Shown: positions 31,521 to 43,874, numbered from the stretch's first letter. The stretch is DNA of 47,560 nucleotides from Betaproteobacteria bacterium (GCA_022340705.1 JAJDNJ010000169.1:1-47560), one strand, 5' to 3'. Numbers and translations: made by a program. Notes: generated from the letters alone by a model not told the origin.

Positions 31521-32291
31521 CTATCGCACGATGCCGCGTTTAGCGCGCCCGAGAAAGTCGGCCATCACGCGAACCTCGTCGTGCGCTTGCGCCTGCGTCT
31601 CCAGCTCGCGTAGCGCCTCTTCGAAACTGAGTCCCGAGCGATAAAGCGTACGGTAGGCGCGCTTGATCGTCTGAATCGACTCCGACGAAAAGCCGCGCCG
31701 GCGCAAGCCTTCGGCATTGATCCCGAATGGGCGCGGGGGCGAGCCCGAGATCGTCACGTAAGGCGGCACATCGTTGGCAAGAGCGGATTGCATCCCGAGA
31801 AAGCTGTGCGCCCCAACGTGAACGAACTGATGCACCAGCACCCCTCCTCCTAGATACGCCCAATCGTCGAGCACCACGTGGCCAGCGAGCTGGACGAGAT
31901 TGGCAAGTACGATGTGGCTGCCAATCTGGCAATCATGCGCGATGTGCACGTACGCCATGATCCAGTTGTCGTCGCCCAATCGGGTGACCCCGGCATCCTG
32001 CACCGTGCCGGTATTGATGGTGACGTACTCGCGAATGGTGTTTCCATCGCCGATCTCAAGCGCAGTCTCCTCGCCGCCGTACTTCTTGTCCTGTGGCGGA
32101 CCTCCGATGCACGCGTGGTGATGGATGTTGTTGCCACGACCGATTCGCGTGCGGCCGTCGATGACTGCATGCGCACCGACCCGGGTGCCCTCTCCGATCT
32201 CAACATTCGGCCCGACGATGCTGAACGGACCGATCGAAACGTCGTACGCGATCCTGGCGTCCGGATGGACGATCGCGCGCGAATCGATCAT
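31521..32291 (-). CDS. lpxA: UDP-N-acetylglucosamine O-acyltransferase
   Basis: Hexapeptide repeats, PQDKKY, IREYVTIN.GT, MAYVHIAHDC, HQF, DVPPY, N.EGLRRRG. Confidence 0.97.
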   Translation of the reverse strand: MIDSRAIVHPDARIAYDVSIGPFSIVGPNVEIGEGTRVGAHAVIDGRTRIGRGNNIHHHACIGGPPQDKKYGGEETALEIGDGNTIREYVTINTGTVQDAGVTRLGDDNWIMAYVHIAHDCQIGSHIVLANLVQLAGHVVLDDWAYLGGGVLVHQFVHVGAHSFLGMQSALANDVPPYVTISGSPPRPFGINAEGLRRRGFSSESIQTIKRAYRTLYRSGLSFEEALRELETQAQAHDEVRVMADFLGRAKRGIVR

Positions 32292-32293
32292 CG

Positions 32294-32749
32294 TCAGGGA
32301 CGCGCCGCAACGGGCCGCAGTGCGCAAAGCAGAACTGCCTCAGTCACCAGCGCCCCTCCGACTCGCGCCTTGCACTCGTACTTTCCGATCCCGCGTCGGC
32401 TCGCAACCAGCTCCACGTCGAGCTCAAGCTGATCACCCGGCAAAACGGGCTTCTTGAAGCGCGCATTGTCGATTCCGGCAAAGTAGTACATCTCCTCCTT
32501 GTCCGGCATCCGTTGCATGGTCCGGAAGCCGAGAATCGCAGCAGCCTGTGCCATCGCCTCGAGAATGAGAACGCCCGGCATGATGGGCCAGTTCGGAAAA
32601 TGCCCGGCAAAATGCGGTTCGTTTGCCGTGACATTCTTGATTGCCACGAGACGCTTTCCCGGTTCGCAGGAGAGAACCCGATCGATCAGCAGGAACGGAA
32701 AGCGGTGCGGCAAGTAGCGCAGCACCTCTTGAATGTCCATCTCAGTCAC
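32294..32749 (-). CDS. fabZ: 3-hydroxyacyl-ACP dehydratase
   Basis: [41 protein letters not shown]. Confidence 0.98.
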   Translation of the reverse strand: MTEMDIQEVLRYLPHRFPFLLIDRVLSCEPGKRLVAIKNVTANEPHFAGHFPNWPIMPGVLILEAMAQAAAILGFRTMQRMPDKEEMYYFAGIDNARFKKPVLPGDQLELDVELVASRRGIGKYECKARVGGALVTEAVLLCALRPVAARP

Positions 32750-33779
32750 TGTTTGATTCCTTTCCGAGAAGCCCTTTCTCGAGTCTGCGCACCCGTTCGA
32801 TCAGCGATGACAGATGGCGCAGGGCCGCTGCGTTCCGAAGCCAGGACCCATGGTCATCGAAGGGAAACAGCCCGGTATACGTGCCGGCGCGCAGCGAGCG
32901 CGTGATCGCGGTTCCGGGCGAAATACGCGTACCGTCCGCGATCTCGATATGGCCCCGGATCATAGCGGCGCCGCCGATCTCGCAGTTTCTGCCAATCACC
33001 GCACTGCCCGCAACGCCAGTGCACGCCGCGATCGCCGTGTTCGCTCCGATGCGCACGTTGTGTGCAATGTGGATCTGATCGTCGAGTTTCACTCCGTCCC
33101 CGATCACCGTGTCGTCGATCGTGCCCCGATCGACGGTCGTGTTGGCACCTATCTCGACGTCGTCGCCGAGCACCACGCGGCCAAGTTGAGGGATCGAGTT
33201 CCAGCGATCCCCATCACGCGCATAGCCGAAGCCGTCGGCGCCGATCACGACGCCGGCATGCAAGATACTGCGTGCGCCGATGACGCATCCGTCATAGACG
33301 ACTGCAGTCGGGTACAGGCGGCAGTCGTCACCCAGCCGCACGCCCGCGCCCACGAACGATCCCGCGCCGATCCAGGCGCGCTCGCCAATGCGCGCCTCGG
33401 CATCAACAACGGCGCCAGCCTCGATCCGGGCGCTCGGCGCAACTGCGGCACGCGGATGCACCCGTGCCGCAGGATCGATTCCTGCCTCGCAGACGGGAAG
33501 CGGATTGAGCAGCCGCGCCAGACGAGAGAAATACAGATAGGGCTCATCGGTCACGATGCGCGGCAGCACGGTTGACGCCTCGAACTCTGGAGATATGACG
33601 ACCGCGCCTGCGCGCGTGCGCGCGAGTTCTCCGAGATAGCGCCGATCGGCGACGAATACGACGTGCTCGGCACCCGCACGCGCGAGCGTGCTCACCTGGA
33701 CAATCTTGCAATCCGGATCCCCGACGATTCGGCCGCCGAGTTGCGCGGCAATCTCGGACAAGCTCAACGGCCCACGCAT
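32742..33779 (-). CDS. lpxD: UDP-3-O-acylglucosamine N-acyltransferase
   Basis: [34 protein letters not shown]. Confidence 0.96.
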   Translation of the reverse strand: MRGPLSLSEIAAQLGGRIVGDPDCKIVQVSTLARAGAEHVVFVADRRYLGELARTRAGAVVISPEFEASTVLPRIVTDEPYLYFSRLARLLNPLPVCEAGIDPAARVHPRAAVAPSARIEAGAVVDAEARIGERAWIGAGSFVGAGVRLGDDCRLYPTAVVYDGCVIGARSILHAGVVIGADGFGYARDGDRWNSIPQLGRVVLGDDVEIGANTTVDRGTIDDTVIGDGVKLDDQIHIAHNVRIGANTAIAACTGVAGSAVIGRNCEIGGAAMIRGHIEIADGTRISPGTAITRSLRAGTYTGLFPFDDHGSWLRNAAALRHLSSLIERVRRLEKGLLGKESNSD

Positions 33780-33790
33780 GTTCGCGCGAG

Positions 33791-34297
33791 CTAGTTTTCG
33801 TCCAGCGCCTTGATCACCTTGTCGGTGATATCGATGCGCGGATTGGCATACACCGCATCCTGTATCACGATGTCGAGCTTTTCCTCGCTCGCGATCTGGC
33901 GGATAACGCGGTTCGCTTTCTCGACCACCGCAGCGAGTTCCTCGTTGCGCCGTTGATTGAGGTCTTCGCGAAATTCGCGCTGCTTGCGCTGAAACTCCCG
34001 GCTCATCTCACCGAATTCCCGTTCCTTCGTGCGGCGCTGGCTGTCCGACATGGTCACGGCGGTGCGTTCCATCTCGTCCTGCGTCCTTTTCAGCTGCTCG
34101 GCCATGCGGCCGAGCTCCTGATCGCGTTTCTGGAACTCAGCTTCGATCTTCTTCTGCGCACGCTGCGCCGGCGTCGAATCGCGCAGAATGCGCTCGGTGT
34201 TCACGAAGCCGATCTTGCCCTGCGCATGGGCAACCCAGGGCAGGAGTAGCGCGATCCCGAATACAACACAGCGCAGCATGGAGCGAGCAATCATCAC
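33791..34297 (-). CDS. skp: Periplasmic chaperone Skp/OmpH
   Basis: Signal peptide, KIGFVN..RIL, coiled coil, DITDKVIK. Confidence 0.95.
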   Translation of the reverse strand: MMIARSMLRCVVFGIALLLPWVAHAQGKIGFVNTERILRDSTPAQRAQKKIEAEFQKRDQELGRMAEQLKRTQDEMERTAVTMSDSQRRTKEREFGEMSREFQRKQREFREDLNQRRNEELAAVVEKANRVIRQIASEEKLDIVIQDAVYANPRIDITDKVIKALDEN

Positions 34298-34312
34298 AAA
34301 GGTACTTTCGCC

Positions 34313-36595
34313 TCAAAAACCGGTTCCAAATTGAAATTGTAACCGCTGAATCTGATCTCCCGGCTTGTTGTTCAGCGGCTGGGCTGCGGAAAGCTTCAAG
34401 GGACCGAACGGCGAATTCCACGCGATCGAGATGCCCGTCGAGTATCGAAGATCGGAAAAGCTCAGATCCTGACCTTGTCCCCAGACCTGACCGGCATCGA
34501 CAAAGGCGCCGAGGCGCAGCGACTTGTCGTTCTCCGCGCCGGGCATTGGGAACAGAACCTCGACGTTGCCCACGATCTTACGGTTCCCACCGATCGGATC
34601 ACCATTGATGTCCTGGGGTCCCAGCGTGAACGGCTTGTAGCCGCGCACCGAGCCTGGTCCACCCGCGTATAGATTCTTGAAGAACGGGAGCGGCAAGCCG
34701 CCGTAGCCTTCGCCGTAGCCCACCTCACCGTTCAGGAAAAGGGTGAAGGTACGCGACAGCGGATAGAGCCACTGCTGCTGAAAGTTCAGCTTGTAGTACT
34801 TCAGGTCTCCGGCGCCGACTTCGACGCTGGCGCGCGACAGCATGCCCTCGCGCGGAATGATCAGGCTGTCGCGCGTATCCCGGGCCCAGCCCGCGGTGCC
34901 GAAGCCATAGGTGTAATGGTCGCCGAACGTCTGGATGAATTGCTGGTAGGAAGGCGAGCTGTTTCCGTAGACCGTAGTGTTGACGTCCTCCGCCCCGATC
35001 CCGAAGCTAACCGACGAAACTTCGGACAGCGGATATCCGAACTTGAACCCGCCGCCCCAGGTATCGGTCTTGTACGGCGAAACCGAGGCGTTGGTCGCAT
35101 CGATCTTGCGCTTGTAGACATCGAAGCCCGCGCTCACGCCGTCGACCGTAAAGTAGGGGTTTAGGTACGAGAGCGAGTAGACCTGATTGATCTTGCCCGA
35201 GCTCACGTTCACCGACAGAAATTTTCCGCTGCCAAACACGTTCTGCTGGCTGACCGACCCGGAAATCACGAAGCCTTCCGTGCTCGAAATCCCTGCGCCG
35301 AGCATGATCGAGCCAGTCTGCTTCTCCTTGACCGTGAAATTGACGTCGACCTGGTCTTGCGTGCCTTCGACCGGCTTCGTTTCTACCGTAACCTCGCTGA
35401 AGTACTGGGTCCGGTCGATGCGACGCCGCGAGAGCTGGATCTTGGAGGTATCGTAGAACGCGCCTTCGAGCTGACGCATTTCGCGCCGGACCACCTCGTC
35501 GCGCGTTTTCGTGTTGCCCGAGATGTTGATGCGCCGCACGTACACGCGGCGACCCGGGTCGACGAGGATATTGAACGCCACCGAACGCTTTTCCTTGTCG
35601 ACGTTCGGAACCGCGTTGGCGTTTGCGAACGCGTAGCCTTCGTTTCCCAGACGATCGGTGATCGCCTTGGTCGATTGATTGAGACGTGCTCGCGAAAACA
35701 CATCGCCCGGCTTGACGCGAATCAGCCGCTCGAGCTCTTCTTTCGGCACCACGAAGGTCCCGGAGAGTTCGACACTGCTCACGGTGTATTTATCACCCTC
35801 GCGGACGTTGATCGTGATGTAGATGTCCTTCTTGTCTGGGGTAATCGACACCTGCGTCGATTCGATTGCAAAGTCGAGGTAGCCGCGATTCAGGTAGTAC
35901 GAGCGCAGCGTCTCCAGGTCGCCCGCCAGTCGCTGACGCGAGTACTGGTCGTGCTTTGTGTACCAGGTCAGCCAGCCCGGCGTGCGCAGCACGAACAGAT
36001 CGACGAGCGTTTTCTCGGGGAATGCATGGGCGCCGACGATGTTGATCGAACGGATCTTAGCGATGTCCCCCTCGGTGACCGCAAAGTTAATCGCGACCCG
36101 GTTGCGCTCGAGCGGCGTGACCGTGGTCTCCACCTGTGCTCCGTATCGACCCTTGGCCAGGTATTGACGCTTCAGTTCCTGCTCGGCGGTTTCCAGCAGC
36201 GCACGGTCGAAAATTCGCCCATCGGCCAGACCTTGTTCGCGCAGGACGCGGCGCAGCGTCTCTTCATCGAACTCTTTGACGCCCGAGAAGGTGATCTGCG
36301 CGATCGCAGGGCGCTCCTCTACATAGACGATCAGGACGTCCCCCTGCACTTCGAGCCTGACGTCCTTGAAGAATCCCGTTGCGTACAGCGCGCGAATCGC
36401 CTCCTGCGCCTTCTCGGTCGTGAGCCGCTCGCCCACCTTTACCGGGAGGTAGCTGAACACGGTTCCCGCCTCGGTCCGTTGCAGACCTTCTACCCGGATG
36501 TCTTTTACGACGAAGGGCGCGAACGACTGGCCGAACGCGCCGATGCAAAGGGCAAGCAATGCGCAGCCAACAATCGCAACGACACGAGCCCGCAT
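34313..36595 (-). CDS. bamA: Outer membrane protein assembly factor BamA
   Basis: DIRVEGLQR, POTRA repeats, GNTKTRDEVVRRE, SVRGY, SPFGPL, C-terminal QFQFGTGF. Confidence 0.98.
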   Translation of the reverse strand: MRARVVAIVGCALLALCIGAFGQSFAPFVVKDIRVEGLQRTEAGTVFSYLPVKVGERLTTEKAQEAIRALYATGFFKDVRLEVQGDVLIVYVEERPAIAQITFSGVKEFDEETLRRVLREQGLADGRIFDRALLETAEQELKRQYLAKGRYGAQVETTVTPLERNRVAINFAVTEGDIAKIRSINIVGAHAFPEKTLVDLFVLRTPGWLTWYTKHDQYSRQRLAGDLETLRSYYLNRGYLDFAIESTQVSITPDKKDIYITINVREGDKYTVSSVELSGTFVVPKEELERLIRVKPGDVFSRARLNQSTKAITDRLGNEGYAFANANAVPNVDKEKRSVAFNILVDPGRRVYVRRINISGNTKTRDEVVRREMRQLEGAFYDTSKIQLSRRRIDRTQYFSEVTVETKPVEGTQDQVDVNFTVKEKQTGSIMLGAGISSTEGFVISGSVSQQNVFGSGKFLSVNVSSGKINQVYSLSYLNPYFTVDGVSAGFDVYKRKIDATNASVSPYKTDTWGGGFKFGYPLSEVSSVSFGIGAEDVNTTVYGNSSPSYQQFIQTFGDHYTYGFGTAGWARDTRDSLIIPREGMLSRASVEVGAGDLKYYKLNFQQQWLYPLSRTFTLFLNGEVGYGEGYGGLPLPFFKNLYAGGPGSVRGYKPFTLGPQDINGDPIGGNRKIVGNVEVLFPMPGAENDKSLRLGAFVDAGQVWGQGQDLSFSDLRYSTGISIAWNSPFGPLKLSAAQPLNNKPGDQIQRLQFQFGTGF

Positions 36596-36598
36596 CGG

Positions 36599-37960
36599 TC
36601 AGCCGGAAAAAAGGCGATTGATATCGTTGTAGAACGCGAAGGCCATCATGATCAGCAGCAGCGTGAGGCCTACGCGCTGACCCAGCTCCATCACCCGGTC
36701 GGAAACCGGACTCCCCTTGATGACCTCGAGGGCATAGTACATCAAATGCCCACCGTCCAGCAGCGGGATCGGGAGCAGGTTCAGTACACCGAGACTGATG
36801 CTGATCAATGCGAGGAACGTCAGATATGAGATCCACCCAGCCTGCGCCGACTGGCCCGCGTAATCCGCAATCGTGACCGGTCCGGAGAGGTGCTTCCACG
36901 AGACTTCGCCCAGCAGCATCTTGCCCAGCATGCGCAGGCTGAACACGGCGATGTCGAGGGTCTTGTCTGCTGCCAGCCCGACCGCCTCGACGACGGAATA
37001 TTGGGTGCGCACCAGAATGCGCTCGGCGTGCGTGGGCGGCACGTAGGGCGCCGCACCGATACGACCGATGCGCTGCCCATCGATTTCACGCGCTTCCGGC
37101 GTAACGCTGAGTTGCTGCTCGTGCCCGTCGCGCAAAATCGTGAAGCGCAGTGCCCGTTCGGGGCCCGCGCGCACCGCGGCTACCAGTTCGCTCCAGTAAT
37201 CGATCGTACGGCCGTCGATCCGCAGGATGCGGTCGCCGGAACGTAAACCGCCATGTTCCGCCGGGCTGTCCGCCTCGACCTGGCCCAGAACCGGATCGAG
37301 CGGCGGCCGGTAGAGCTGCAGGCCGATCGCCGCCATCAGATCGCGCTCTGCGTCTGTGCCAGCGAAACGACGCAGGTCGAGCACGACATCCGACAGATGG
37401 CGTTGCGCGCTAACCCGTTCGAGTCGAAGCTGCTCGCCCTGCAGGGCGCCTTTCAGCACGCGCCAACGCAGCTGCTGCCAGGTGGCGATGGCCTCGCCGT
37501 TCACCGCCACGATCGTATCGCCCGCACGCAGGCCGGCATCCGCGGCCGCGCTCGCAGCCGGAGGTGAACCGATCACCGGTCGGGCTTCCGGCAATCCGTA
37601 CATGAACAGACCCGCGTAAACCGCGATCGCGAACAGGAAGTTGGCCACGGGACCCGCTGCGACGATCGCGGTGCGTCGCCACACGCTCTTTCGATTGAAC
37701 GCACGCGGCAGATCCTGCGCGGCAACCGGCGCCTCGCGCTCGTCGAGCATCTTGACGTAACCGCCAAAGGGCACGGCGGCAATGACCCAATCCGTGCCGT
37801 CTCGACCGCGCCGCGTGAGCAGCGGGCGCCCGAATCCCACCGAGAACCGAAGAACCTTCACGCCGCACAGACGCGCGATCAGGTAGTGACCGTACTCGTG
37901 GACGACGATCAGCACGCCCAGCGCCACAATGAACGCTAGCGTGGTCAGCAACAGATTCAT
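36599..37960 (-). CDS. rseP: RIP metalloprotease RseP
   Basis: HEYGH, GGYVKM, AGPVANF, two PDZ domains, [11 protein letters not shown]. Confidence 0.97.
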   Translation of the reverse strand: MNLLLTTLAFIVALGVLIVVHEYGHYLIARLCGVKVLRFSVGFGRPLLTRRGRDGTDWVIAAVPFGGYVKMLDEREAPVAAQDLPRAFNRKSVWRRTAIVAAGPVANFLFAIAVYAGLFMYGLPEARPVIGSPPAASAAADAGLRAGDTIVAVNGEAIATWQQLRWRVLKGALQGEQLRLERVSAQRHLSDVVLDLRRFAGTDAERDLMAAIGLQLYRPPLDPVLGQVEADSPAEHGGLRSGDRILRIDGRTIDYWSELVAAVRAGPERALRFTILRDGHEQQLSVTPEAREIDGQRIGRIGAAPYVPPTHAERILVRTQYSVVEAVGLAADKTLDIAVFSLRMLGKMLLGEVSWKHLSGPVTIADYAGQSAQAGWISYLTFLALISISLGVLNLLPIPLLDGGHLMYYALEVIKGSPVSDRVMELGQRVGLTLLLIMMAFAFYNDINRLFSG

Positions 37961-39159
37961 GCGGCGCGCGCCTCGCTGCGCGCGATCGCCGCGCGCGCCA
38001 CGCGGCGCGCATGGGCATCGGCCGCGATCAGTGCTTCCAGATCCGTAATGGCCTCGGCCGGTATCTGGCCGAGGACTTCCTCGATCACCGCGGAGATCGC
38101 GGTGAACCGCAGGCGCCCTGCAAGAAACGCCTCGACGGCGAGCTCGTTGGCCGCATTCAGCAGCGTCGGGGCCGTGCCGCCCGCGTCCAGCGCGCCATAG
38201 GCGAGCTGCAGGCAGGGAAAGCGTCGCGTGTCGGGAGGCTCGAAGGAGAGCTGGCCAAAACGTTGCAGATCCAGCGGTGCGACGCCCGACTCGATCCGCT
38301 CGGGGTATGCCAGCGCATGCGCGATCGGAACGCGCATGTCCGGATTAGACAGCTGCGCGAGCACGGAACCGTCGATGTACTCCACGAGAGAATGAACGAC
38401 GCTTTGCGGATGGATGACTACTTCAATGCGTTCCGCGCGAATGTCGAACAGCCAGCGAGCCTCGATCACCTCGAGACCCTTGTTCATCATGGTGGCCGAG
38501 TCAACCGAGATCTTGCGCCCCATCACCCAGTTGGGGTGAGCACAGGCCTCGTCGGGCGTGACCTGCTCCAATCGATCGACCGGAAGGGTACGAAACGGAC
38601 CGCCCGAAGCAGTCAGCAGCACGCGGCGCACCGCGCGCAGGGACGGTGTTCCCGCTTCCCCCGGCGGCAGGCACTGAAACACCGCGTTATGCTCGCTGTC
38701 GATTGGAAGAAGCACGGTACCCGCGGCGCGCACAGCATGCATCAGCAAAGGGCCTGCCATGACAAGCGCTTCCTTGTTCGCGAGCAGCACGCGCTTGCCC
38801 TGGCGCGCCGCAGCGAGCGTCGACGCCAGTCCTGCGGCTCCGACAATCGCACACATCACGGTCGCGACATCCTCGCAACGGGCGAGTTCCTCGAGCGCCT
38901 GCGGCCCAAAGCGGAGCTCGCCCCGGAAGCCGCTCTCGGCAAACCGTTTTCGAACATGCGCGTCCTCCGCGACGCCGGAGAGCACCGCGTGACGCGGCTG
39001 GTGGCGCATGCAGAGCGCGATCAGGGCATCGACCGAACGATGCGCACTCAACGCGACCGCCGCGTATCGCTCGGGGTGGCGCGCGATCAGGTCCAGCGTA
39101 CTTGCACCGATCGAACCTGTGGCCCCGAGGACTGCGACGCCGATGGCTGTGGAGGGCAT
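37957..39159 (-). CDS. dxr: 1-deoxy-D-xylulose-5-phosphate reductoisomerase
   Basis: [49 protein letters not shown]. Confidence 0.98.
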   Translation of the reverse strand: MPSTAIGVAVLGATGSIGASTLDLIARHPERYAAVALSAHRSVDALIALCMRHQPRHAVLSGVAEDAHVRKRFAESGFRGELRFGPQALEELARCEDVATVMCAIVGAAGLASTLAAARQGKRVLLANKEALVMAGPLLMHAVRAAGTVLLPIDSEHNAVFQCLPPGEAGTPSLRAVRRVLLTASGGPFRTLPVDRLEQVTPDEACAHPNWVMGRKISVDSATMMNKGLEVIEARWLFDIRAERIEVVIHPQSVVHSLVEYIDGSVLAQLSNPDMRVPIAHALAYPERIESGVAPLDLQRFGQLSFEPPDTRRFPCLQLAYGALDAGGTAPTLLNAANELAVEAFLAGRLRFTAISAVIEEVLGQIPAEAITDLEALIAADAHARRVARAAIARSEARAA

Positions 39160-39174
39160 CTGGGCTCCGAACGC

Positions 39175-39996
39175 TCAGGAGGCCGGGACAAGGCCCGCGA
39201 GGAACGCGGCGACCGGCAGGGCGGCGAGCGCGCTGTCGATCCGGTCCAGGACGCCGCCGTGACCCGGGAGAAGCTTCCCGCTGTCCTTGACCGATGCCTG
39301 GCGCTTCACTGCGGATTCGAAAAGGTCACCGATGACGCTCATGACGAATAGAACGGCACCCGCGCCGAGGTACAGCAACCACTGTCCGCCCCCCTCCAGG
39401 TACGGATCGAGCATCGGGACCGTGAACGCGCAGATGATAACGTAGACTTGCACGCCCAACAGCCCGCCGACCACGCCCTCCCAGGTCTTGCCCGGACTGA
39501 TTTGGGGTGCGAGTTTGCGCTTGCCCAGCGCGCGTCCCGCGAAGTACGCAGCAGAGTCGGCGACCCAGACCAGCGCCAGCACCGCCAGAACCAGGCTCGG
39601 CGGAAGCACGACCAGCGCCAGCCCCGCCGGCAGCAGCACAGCGGGCCCCGCCAGGGCGAGCAGGCGCTTTGCGAAAGGCCCGAATCCGCGCGCCATCCAG
39701 AGCGGCGCGATGACGATCCAGAACAGGCTCGCGGCGCCAAACAGGTAGCCGAGCCAGGCCTGCATCGATCCTGCGCCGAACCAAGCCAGGCCAAATAGCA
39801 GACCGAATCCGCAGACCAGCGTGCCGGCATAGGCACGCCCGATCCCTGACGCCATTCCGCACAGGCGGCCCCATTCCAGGGCCGCAAGTCCGATGAAGAC
39901 CGCGGCGACGACGGCGAATGCCGGTCGCGGCAGCCAGAACAACGCGCCGAGAAAGGCCGCGAGCAGTACGACGGCGGTCAGGACGCGCTGAGCCAA
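39175..39996 (-). CDS. cdsA: Phosphatidate cytidylyltransferase
   Basis: DSAAYFAG, ISPGKTWEG, GDLFES.VKR...KDSG.LLPGHGGVLDRID. TTG start at 39996 (LAQRVLTA) inferred. Confidence 0.95.
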   Translation of the reverse strand: MAQRVLTAVVLLAAFLGALFWLPRPAFAVVAAVFIGLAALEWGRLCGMASGIGRAYAGTLVCGFGLLFGLAWFGAGSMQAWLGYLFGAASLFWIVIAPLWMARGFGPFAKRLLALAGPAVLLPAGLALVVLPPSLVLAVLALVWVADSAAYFAGRALGKRKLAPQISPGKTWEGVVGGLLGVQVYVIICAFTVPMLDPYLEGGGQWLLYLGAGAVLFVMSVIGDLFESAVKRQASVKDSGKLLPGHGGVLDRIDSALAALPVAAFLAGLVPAS

Positions 39997-40003
39997 TGCG
40001 CGC

Positions 40004-40810
40004 TCAGGCCGTTTTGTGCGTTTCGCTGGCTCCACGCGTGGCCCGTGCCTGCGCGCGTTCCGCCTGTTCGACCTGCTCGCTGGTACGGCCAAAACGCCGC
40101 TCGCGTTGCCGGTACGATTCGATCGCGCCATCAAGCGCGGCGGCATCAAAATCGGGCCAGAGCGTGTCGGTGAAAAGCAGCTCCGAATACGCCAGCTGCC
40201 AGAGCAGAAAATTGCTCAACCGCTGTTCGCCCCCGGTACGGATGAACAGATCCGGTTCGGGGGCATAGTGCATCGACAGATAAGGCGCCAGCGCTTCCTC
40301 GGGGATTTCGCCGCGCACGGCTTCCGGGTGCGCCCGCGCGAGTCGCGCTAGCGCCTGCAAAATGTCCCAACGTCCTCCGTAGTTCGCCGCGATAGTCAGC
40401 GTCAGGCGCTGATTGTGCGCCGTGCGGCGCTCGCCCTCGTCGATCAGTTGACGAATGCGCGGATCGAAGCGCGACAGATCGCCGACGACGCGAAGCCGAA
40501 TGCCGTTGCGATTGAGCTTGGAAACTTCGTTCGTCAGCGCCCCGCTGAACAGCTGCATCAGCAGGCTGACCTCCTCGGGCGGTCGGCGCCAATTCTCCGA
40601 GCTAAACGCGAACAGGGTGAGGAATTGAATCCCGCGCTCGGCACAGGCCTTGACCACCGCGCGCACCGCTTCGACGCCGCGCTTGTGTCCGGCAAAGCGC
40701 GGCAAGCGACGCCGCCGCGCCCAGCGTCCGTTGCCGTCCATGATGATCGCGACGTGCACGGGCACTTTGCCGTGCGGCGGTATTTCCCGTGTCGAGCTGA
40801 CGTGATCCAC
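40004..40810 (-). CDS. uppS: Undecaprenyl diphosphate synthase
   Basis: [50 protein letters not shown]. Confidence 0.98.
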   Translation of the reverse strand: MDHVSSTREIPPHGKVPVHVAIIMDGNGRWARRRRLPRFAGHKRGVEAVRAVVKACAERGIQFLTLFAFSSENWRRPPEEVSLLMQLFSGALTNEVSKLNRNGIRLRVVGDLSRFDPRIRQLIDEGERRTAHNQRLTLTIAANYGGRWDILQALARLARAHPEAVRGEIPEEALAPYLSMHYAPEPDLFIRTGGEQRLSNFLLWQLAYSELLFTDTLWPDFDAAALDGAIESYRQRERRFGRTSEQVEQAERAQARATRGASETHKTA

Positions 40811-40822
40811 GATCGCGGTCCC

Positions 40823-41380
40823 CTAGACGGCCATCAGCTCGGATTCCTTCTGCTCCAGCAGTCGATCGATTTCGGCCACCGAGCGGTCGGTCAGCTTCTG
40901 CACGTCATCCTGCGCACGACGCTCCTCGTTCTCGGACACCTCTTTCTTCTTGAGCGCCTCCTTCAGACCATGGATTGCATCGCGCCTCAGATTGCGCACC
41001 GCGACACGCGCGTTCTCGGCTTCGTGACGCACGACCTTGATCAGTTCCTTGCGCCTCTCCTCCGTCAGTGGCGGCATCGGCACACGCAGGGTCTCGCCAC
41101 TGGCTGCAGGATTGAGCCCAAGGTCCGATTCACGAATCGCCTTCTCCACGGCCTGGACCATCTTCTTCTCGAATGGCGTGACCCCGATGGTGCGCGAATC
41201 GACCAAGGTCACTTTTGCGACCTGATTGATCGGCGTCGGCGTTCCGTAATAATCGACCATGATGTGATCCAACAGGCCGGTGTGGGCACGGCCCGTGCGC
41301 ACTTTGGCGAGATCCGCTTTGAATGCCTCGATGCTCTTGCCCATCTTCTGCTCGGTGCTCTTCTTCAGCTGCGCAATCAT
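40823..41380 (-). CDS. frr: Ribosome recycling factor
   Basis: [34 protein letters not shown]. Confidence 0.98.
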   Translation of the reverse strand: MIAQLKKSTEQKMGKSIEAFKADLAKVRTGRAHTGLLDHIMVDYYGTPTPINQVAKVTLVDSRTIGVTPFEKKMVQAVEKAIRESDLGLNPAASGETLRVPMPPLTEERRKELIKVVRHEAENARVAVRNLRRDAIHGLKEALKKKEVSENEERRAQDDVQKLTDRSVAEIDRLLEQKESELMAV

Positions 41381-41391
41381 GGTCATTTCCC

Positions 41392-42126
41392 TCAAACGTG
41401 AACCAGCGTGCCTTCATCCTCCCCTAGGACGACACGCTGCAATGCGTTCGGCTTGAATATACTGAACACCGTCACTGGCAGACGCTGGTCGCGGCACAGC
41501 GTCAGCGCGGTCGCATCCATCACTCGCAGGTTACGCGCAATTGCTTCGTCGAAGCTGAGGGCACGGAAGCGACGGGCGTTCGGATCGGTTTGCGGGTCGG
41601 CCGTATAGACACCGTCGACCTTGGTCGCCTTGAGCACGATTTCCGCGCCAATCTCGCTGCCACGCAGCGCGGCTGCCGTATCCGTGGTGAAAAACGGATT
41701 GCCCGTGCCGGCCGCGAAAATCACGATTTTGCCTTCCTCCAGGTATCGGATCGCCTTGCCCCGAATATACGGTTCGACGATGCGTTCGATATTGAGCGCG
41801 GACTGCACGCGGCTCGCGGTTCCCGCGCTACGCAGCGCATCCTGCAGCGCGAGCGCGTTCATCACCGTCGCGAGCATTCCCATGTAGTCGGCCGTCGCGC
41901 GGTCCATTCCTGCCGCACCGGGCGCCACGCCGCGAAAGATGTTGCCACCGCCGATCACCGCGCCGATCTCGACCCCCATGCGCGCAACCGCCGCCATTTC
42001 CGCAGCGATCTCCTGAATCGTCTGCCGATTGATGCCGAACGGGTCCTCGCCCATCAGCGCCTCGCCCGACAGTTTGAGCAAGATGCGCCGGTATTTCGGC
42101 GAATCGGCGACCTGCGGCATTGTCAT
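41392..42126 (-). CDS. pyrH: UMP kinase
   Basis: [43 protein letters not shown]. Confidence 0.98.
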   Translation of the reverse strand: MTMPQVADSPKYRRILLKLSGEALMGEDPFGINRQTIQEIAAEMAAVARMGVEIGAVIGGGNIFRGVAPGAAGMDRATADYMGMLATVMNALALQDALRSAGTASRVQSALNIERIVEPYIRGKAIRYLEEGKIVIFAAGTGNPFFTTDTAAALRGSEIGAEIVLKATKVDGVYTADPQTDPNARRFRALSFDEAIARNLRVMDATALTLCRDQRLPVTVFSIFKPNALQRVVLGEDEGTLVHV

Positions 42127-42131
42127 CGGTG

Positions 42132-43010
42132 TCAGCGCGCGATTCCCGCCTGGGCCATGACTTCGGCCGCAAAGTCCGTCGAGCGCTTCTCCAGTCCCTC
42201 TCCGACCACGAGAAAGGCAAACCCGTTCAGCGACGCCTTGCGTGCAGCCAGCATCTTCTCGATCGTCTGCTTGTCGTCTTTGACGAACGCCTGACCCAGC
42301 AGGGTGATTTCGCCAAGGTACTTGTTGATCCCCCCCTCGACCATCTTCGCGACGATCTCGGCTGGCTTGCCCGACTCCTTGGCGCGCGCGGCAAGAATCT
42401 GCCGTTCCCGTTCGACCACGTCCGCAGGCACGTCCGCTTTGCGCAAATGCTGCGGTTTGGCGAACGCGACGTGCATCGCCACGTCCTTGCCAACGTCCTC
42501 GGGTCCCTCAAAATCGACCAGCACTCCGATCCGGTTGTTGTGCACGTAGAGTGCGAGCCGGGCCGCCGTTTCCATGCGCCGAAAGCGTCGAACCGCGATG
42601 TTCTCACCGATCTTCTGCACCAGGGCCTGGCGGCGTGCCTCGACCGTGGTGCCTTCGATGGTCAGCGCCGACAGCGCCTCGACGTCAGCCGGGGACTCGA
42701 GCGCCACGCGCTCCGCCAGCGCCCTCGCGAACGCCAGAAAATCCTCGTTCTTGGCCACGAAGTCGGTTTCGCAGTTGATCTCCACAAGGGCCCCACGCTT
42801 GCCGTCGCCGGCCACAAACGCGCCAATGACGCCCTCGGCCGCGACGCGGCCCGCGGCCTTGCTCGCTTTCGCGCCACTGCGGATGCGCAGCAACTCCTCG
42901 GCCTTCTCGAGATTTCCGCCCGTTTCGCTGAGGGCTTTCTTGCACTCCATCATTCCCAGGCCGGTGAGCTCGCGCAATTCCTTCACCAGACCGGCGCTGA
43001 TTTCCGCCAT
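42132..43010 (-). CDS. tsf: Elongation factor Ts
   Basis: [33 protein letters not shown]. Confidence 0.98.
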   Translation of the reverse strand: MAEISAGLVKELRELTGLGMMECKKALSETGGNLEKAEELLRIRSGAKASKAAGRVAAEGVIGAFVAGDGKRGALVEINCETDFVAKNEDFLAFARALAERVALESPADVEALSALTIEGTTVEARRQALVQKIGENIAVRRFRRMETAARLALYVHNNRIGVLVDFEGPEDVGKDVAMHVAFAKPQHLRKADVPADVVERERQILAARAKESGKPAEIVAKMVEGGINKYLGEITLLGQAFVKDDKQTIEKMLAARKASLNGFAFLVVGEGLEKRSTDFAAEVMAQAGIAR

Positions 43011-43069
43011 CTTCCTGCGACTCCTTTCACGGGACCCTCTGCGGTCCGTCTTCCTCAAACCAAGGATTC

Positions 43070-43092
43070 AAAAAAGGGGGCACGTGGCCCCC
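43070..43092 (-). terminator. Intrinsic terminator/attenuator between rpsB and tsf
   Basis: Minus strand GGGGGC-CACGT-GCCCCC-TTTTTT. Confidence 0.8.
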
Positions 43093-43117
43093 CGTCATCA
43101 CGGCGCGCCGGCACGCC

Positions 43118-43864
43118 TCAGGCACCCTCCTCGGCCTCCACTTCGACGAACTCGTCACGTGTCGCGGAGACGACTTCCTCGACGGAATGCTCACGTCCTT
43201 CGAGCACCGCATCCGCCGCGCCGCGCACGTAGAGGCGGATCGCGCGGCCCGAATCGTCGTTGCCGGGAATCACGTAGTCGATTGCTTCGGGCGAATGGTT
43301 GGTGTCGACCACACCGATCAGCGGGATGCCAAGCTTGGCTGCCTCGGCGACTGCGCCACGCTGATAGCCCACGTCGATCACGAACAGCGCGTCGGGCAGG
43401 CTAACCATGTCCTTGATACCACCGAGAGAACGCTCGAGCTTGTTCATCTCGCGCTGCAGGCCGAGCGCCTCCTTCTTCGACATTCGCTCAAAGGCGCCGT
43501 CGGTCTTCGCCTGCTCCATCTCCTTCAGGCGCTTGATCGACTGCTTCACCGTCTTGAAATTGGTCAGCATCCCGCCGAGCCAGCGATGATCGACGTAGGG
43601 CATGCCGCAACGCATGGCCTCTTCGCGCACGACCTCACGGGCCTGCCGCTTGGTGCCGACGAACAGCACCGTGCCCTTATTCGCGGCGAGCTGGCGCATG
43701 AACCGCAACGCCTCCTGGTACAGCGCGAGCGTCTTTTCCAGGTTGATAATGTGAATCTTGTTGCGATGGCCGAAGATGTACGGGGCCATCCGCGGGTTCC
43801 AGTACCGGGTCTGATGACCAAAATGGACGCCCGCCTCCAGCATTTCACGCATGGTGACCGACAT
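43118..43864 (-). CDS. rpsB: 30S ribosomal protein S2
   Basis: [38 protein letters not shown]; GAGGAG RBS. Confidence 0.99.
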   Translation of the reverse strand: MSVTMREMLEAGVHFGHQTRYWNPRMAPYIFGHRNKIHIINLEKTLALYQEALRFMRQLAANKGTVLFVGTKRQAREVVREEAMRCGMPYVDHRWLGGMLTNFKTVKQSIKRLKEMEQAKTDGAFERMSKKEALGLQREMNKLERSLGGIKDMVSLPDALFVIDVGYQRGAVAEAAKLGIPLIGVVDTNHSPEAIDYVIPGNDDSGRAIRLYVRGAADAVLEGREHSVEEVVSATRDEFVEVEAEEGA

Positions 43865-43874
43865 GTAGACTCCT

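Noticed and set aside
34295-34350. Mildly AT-rich bamA/skp junction as a sigma-E promoter or a further island
   Set aside because: GGAACC is present but the -10 match is poor, and the AT enrichment is partly explained by the QFQFGTGF codons.
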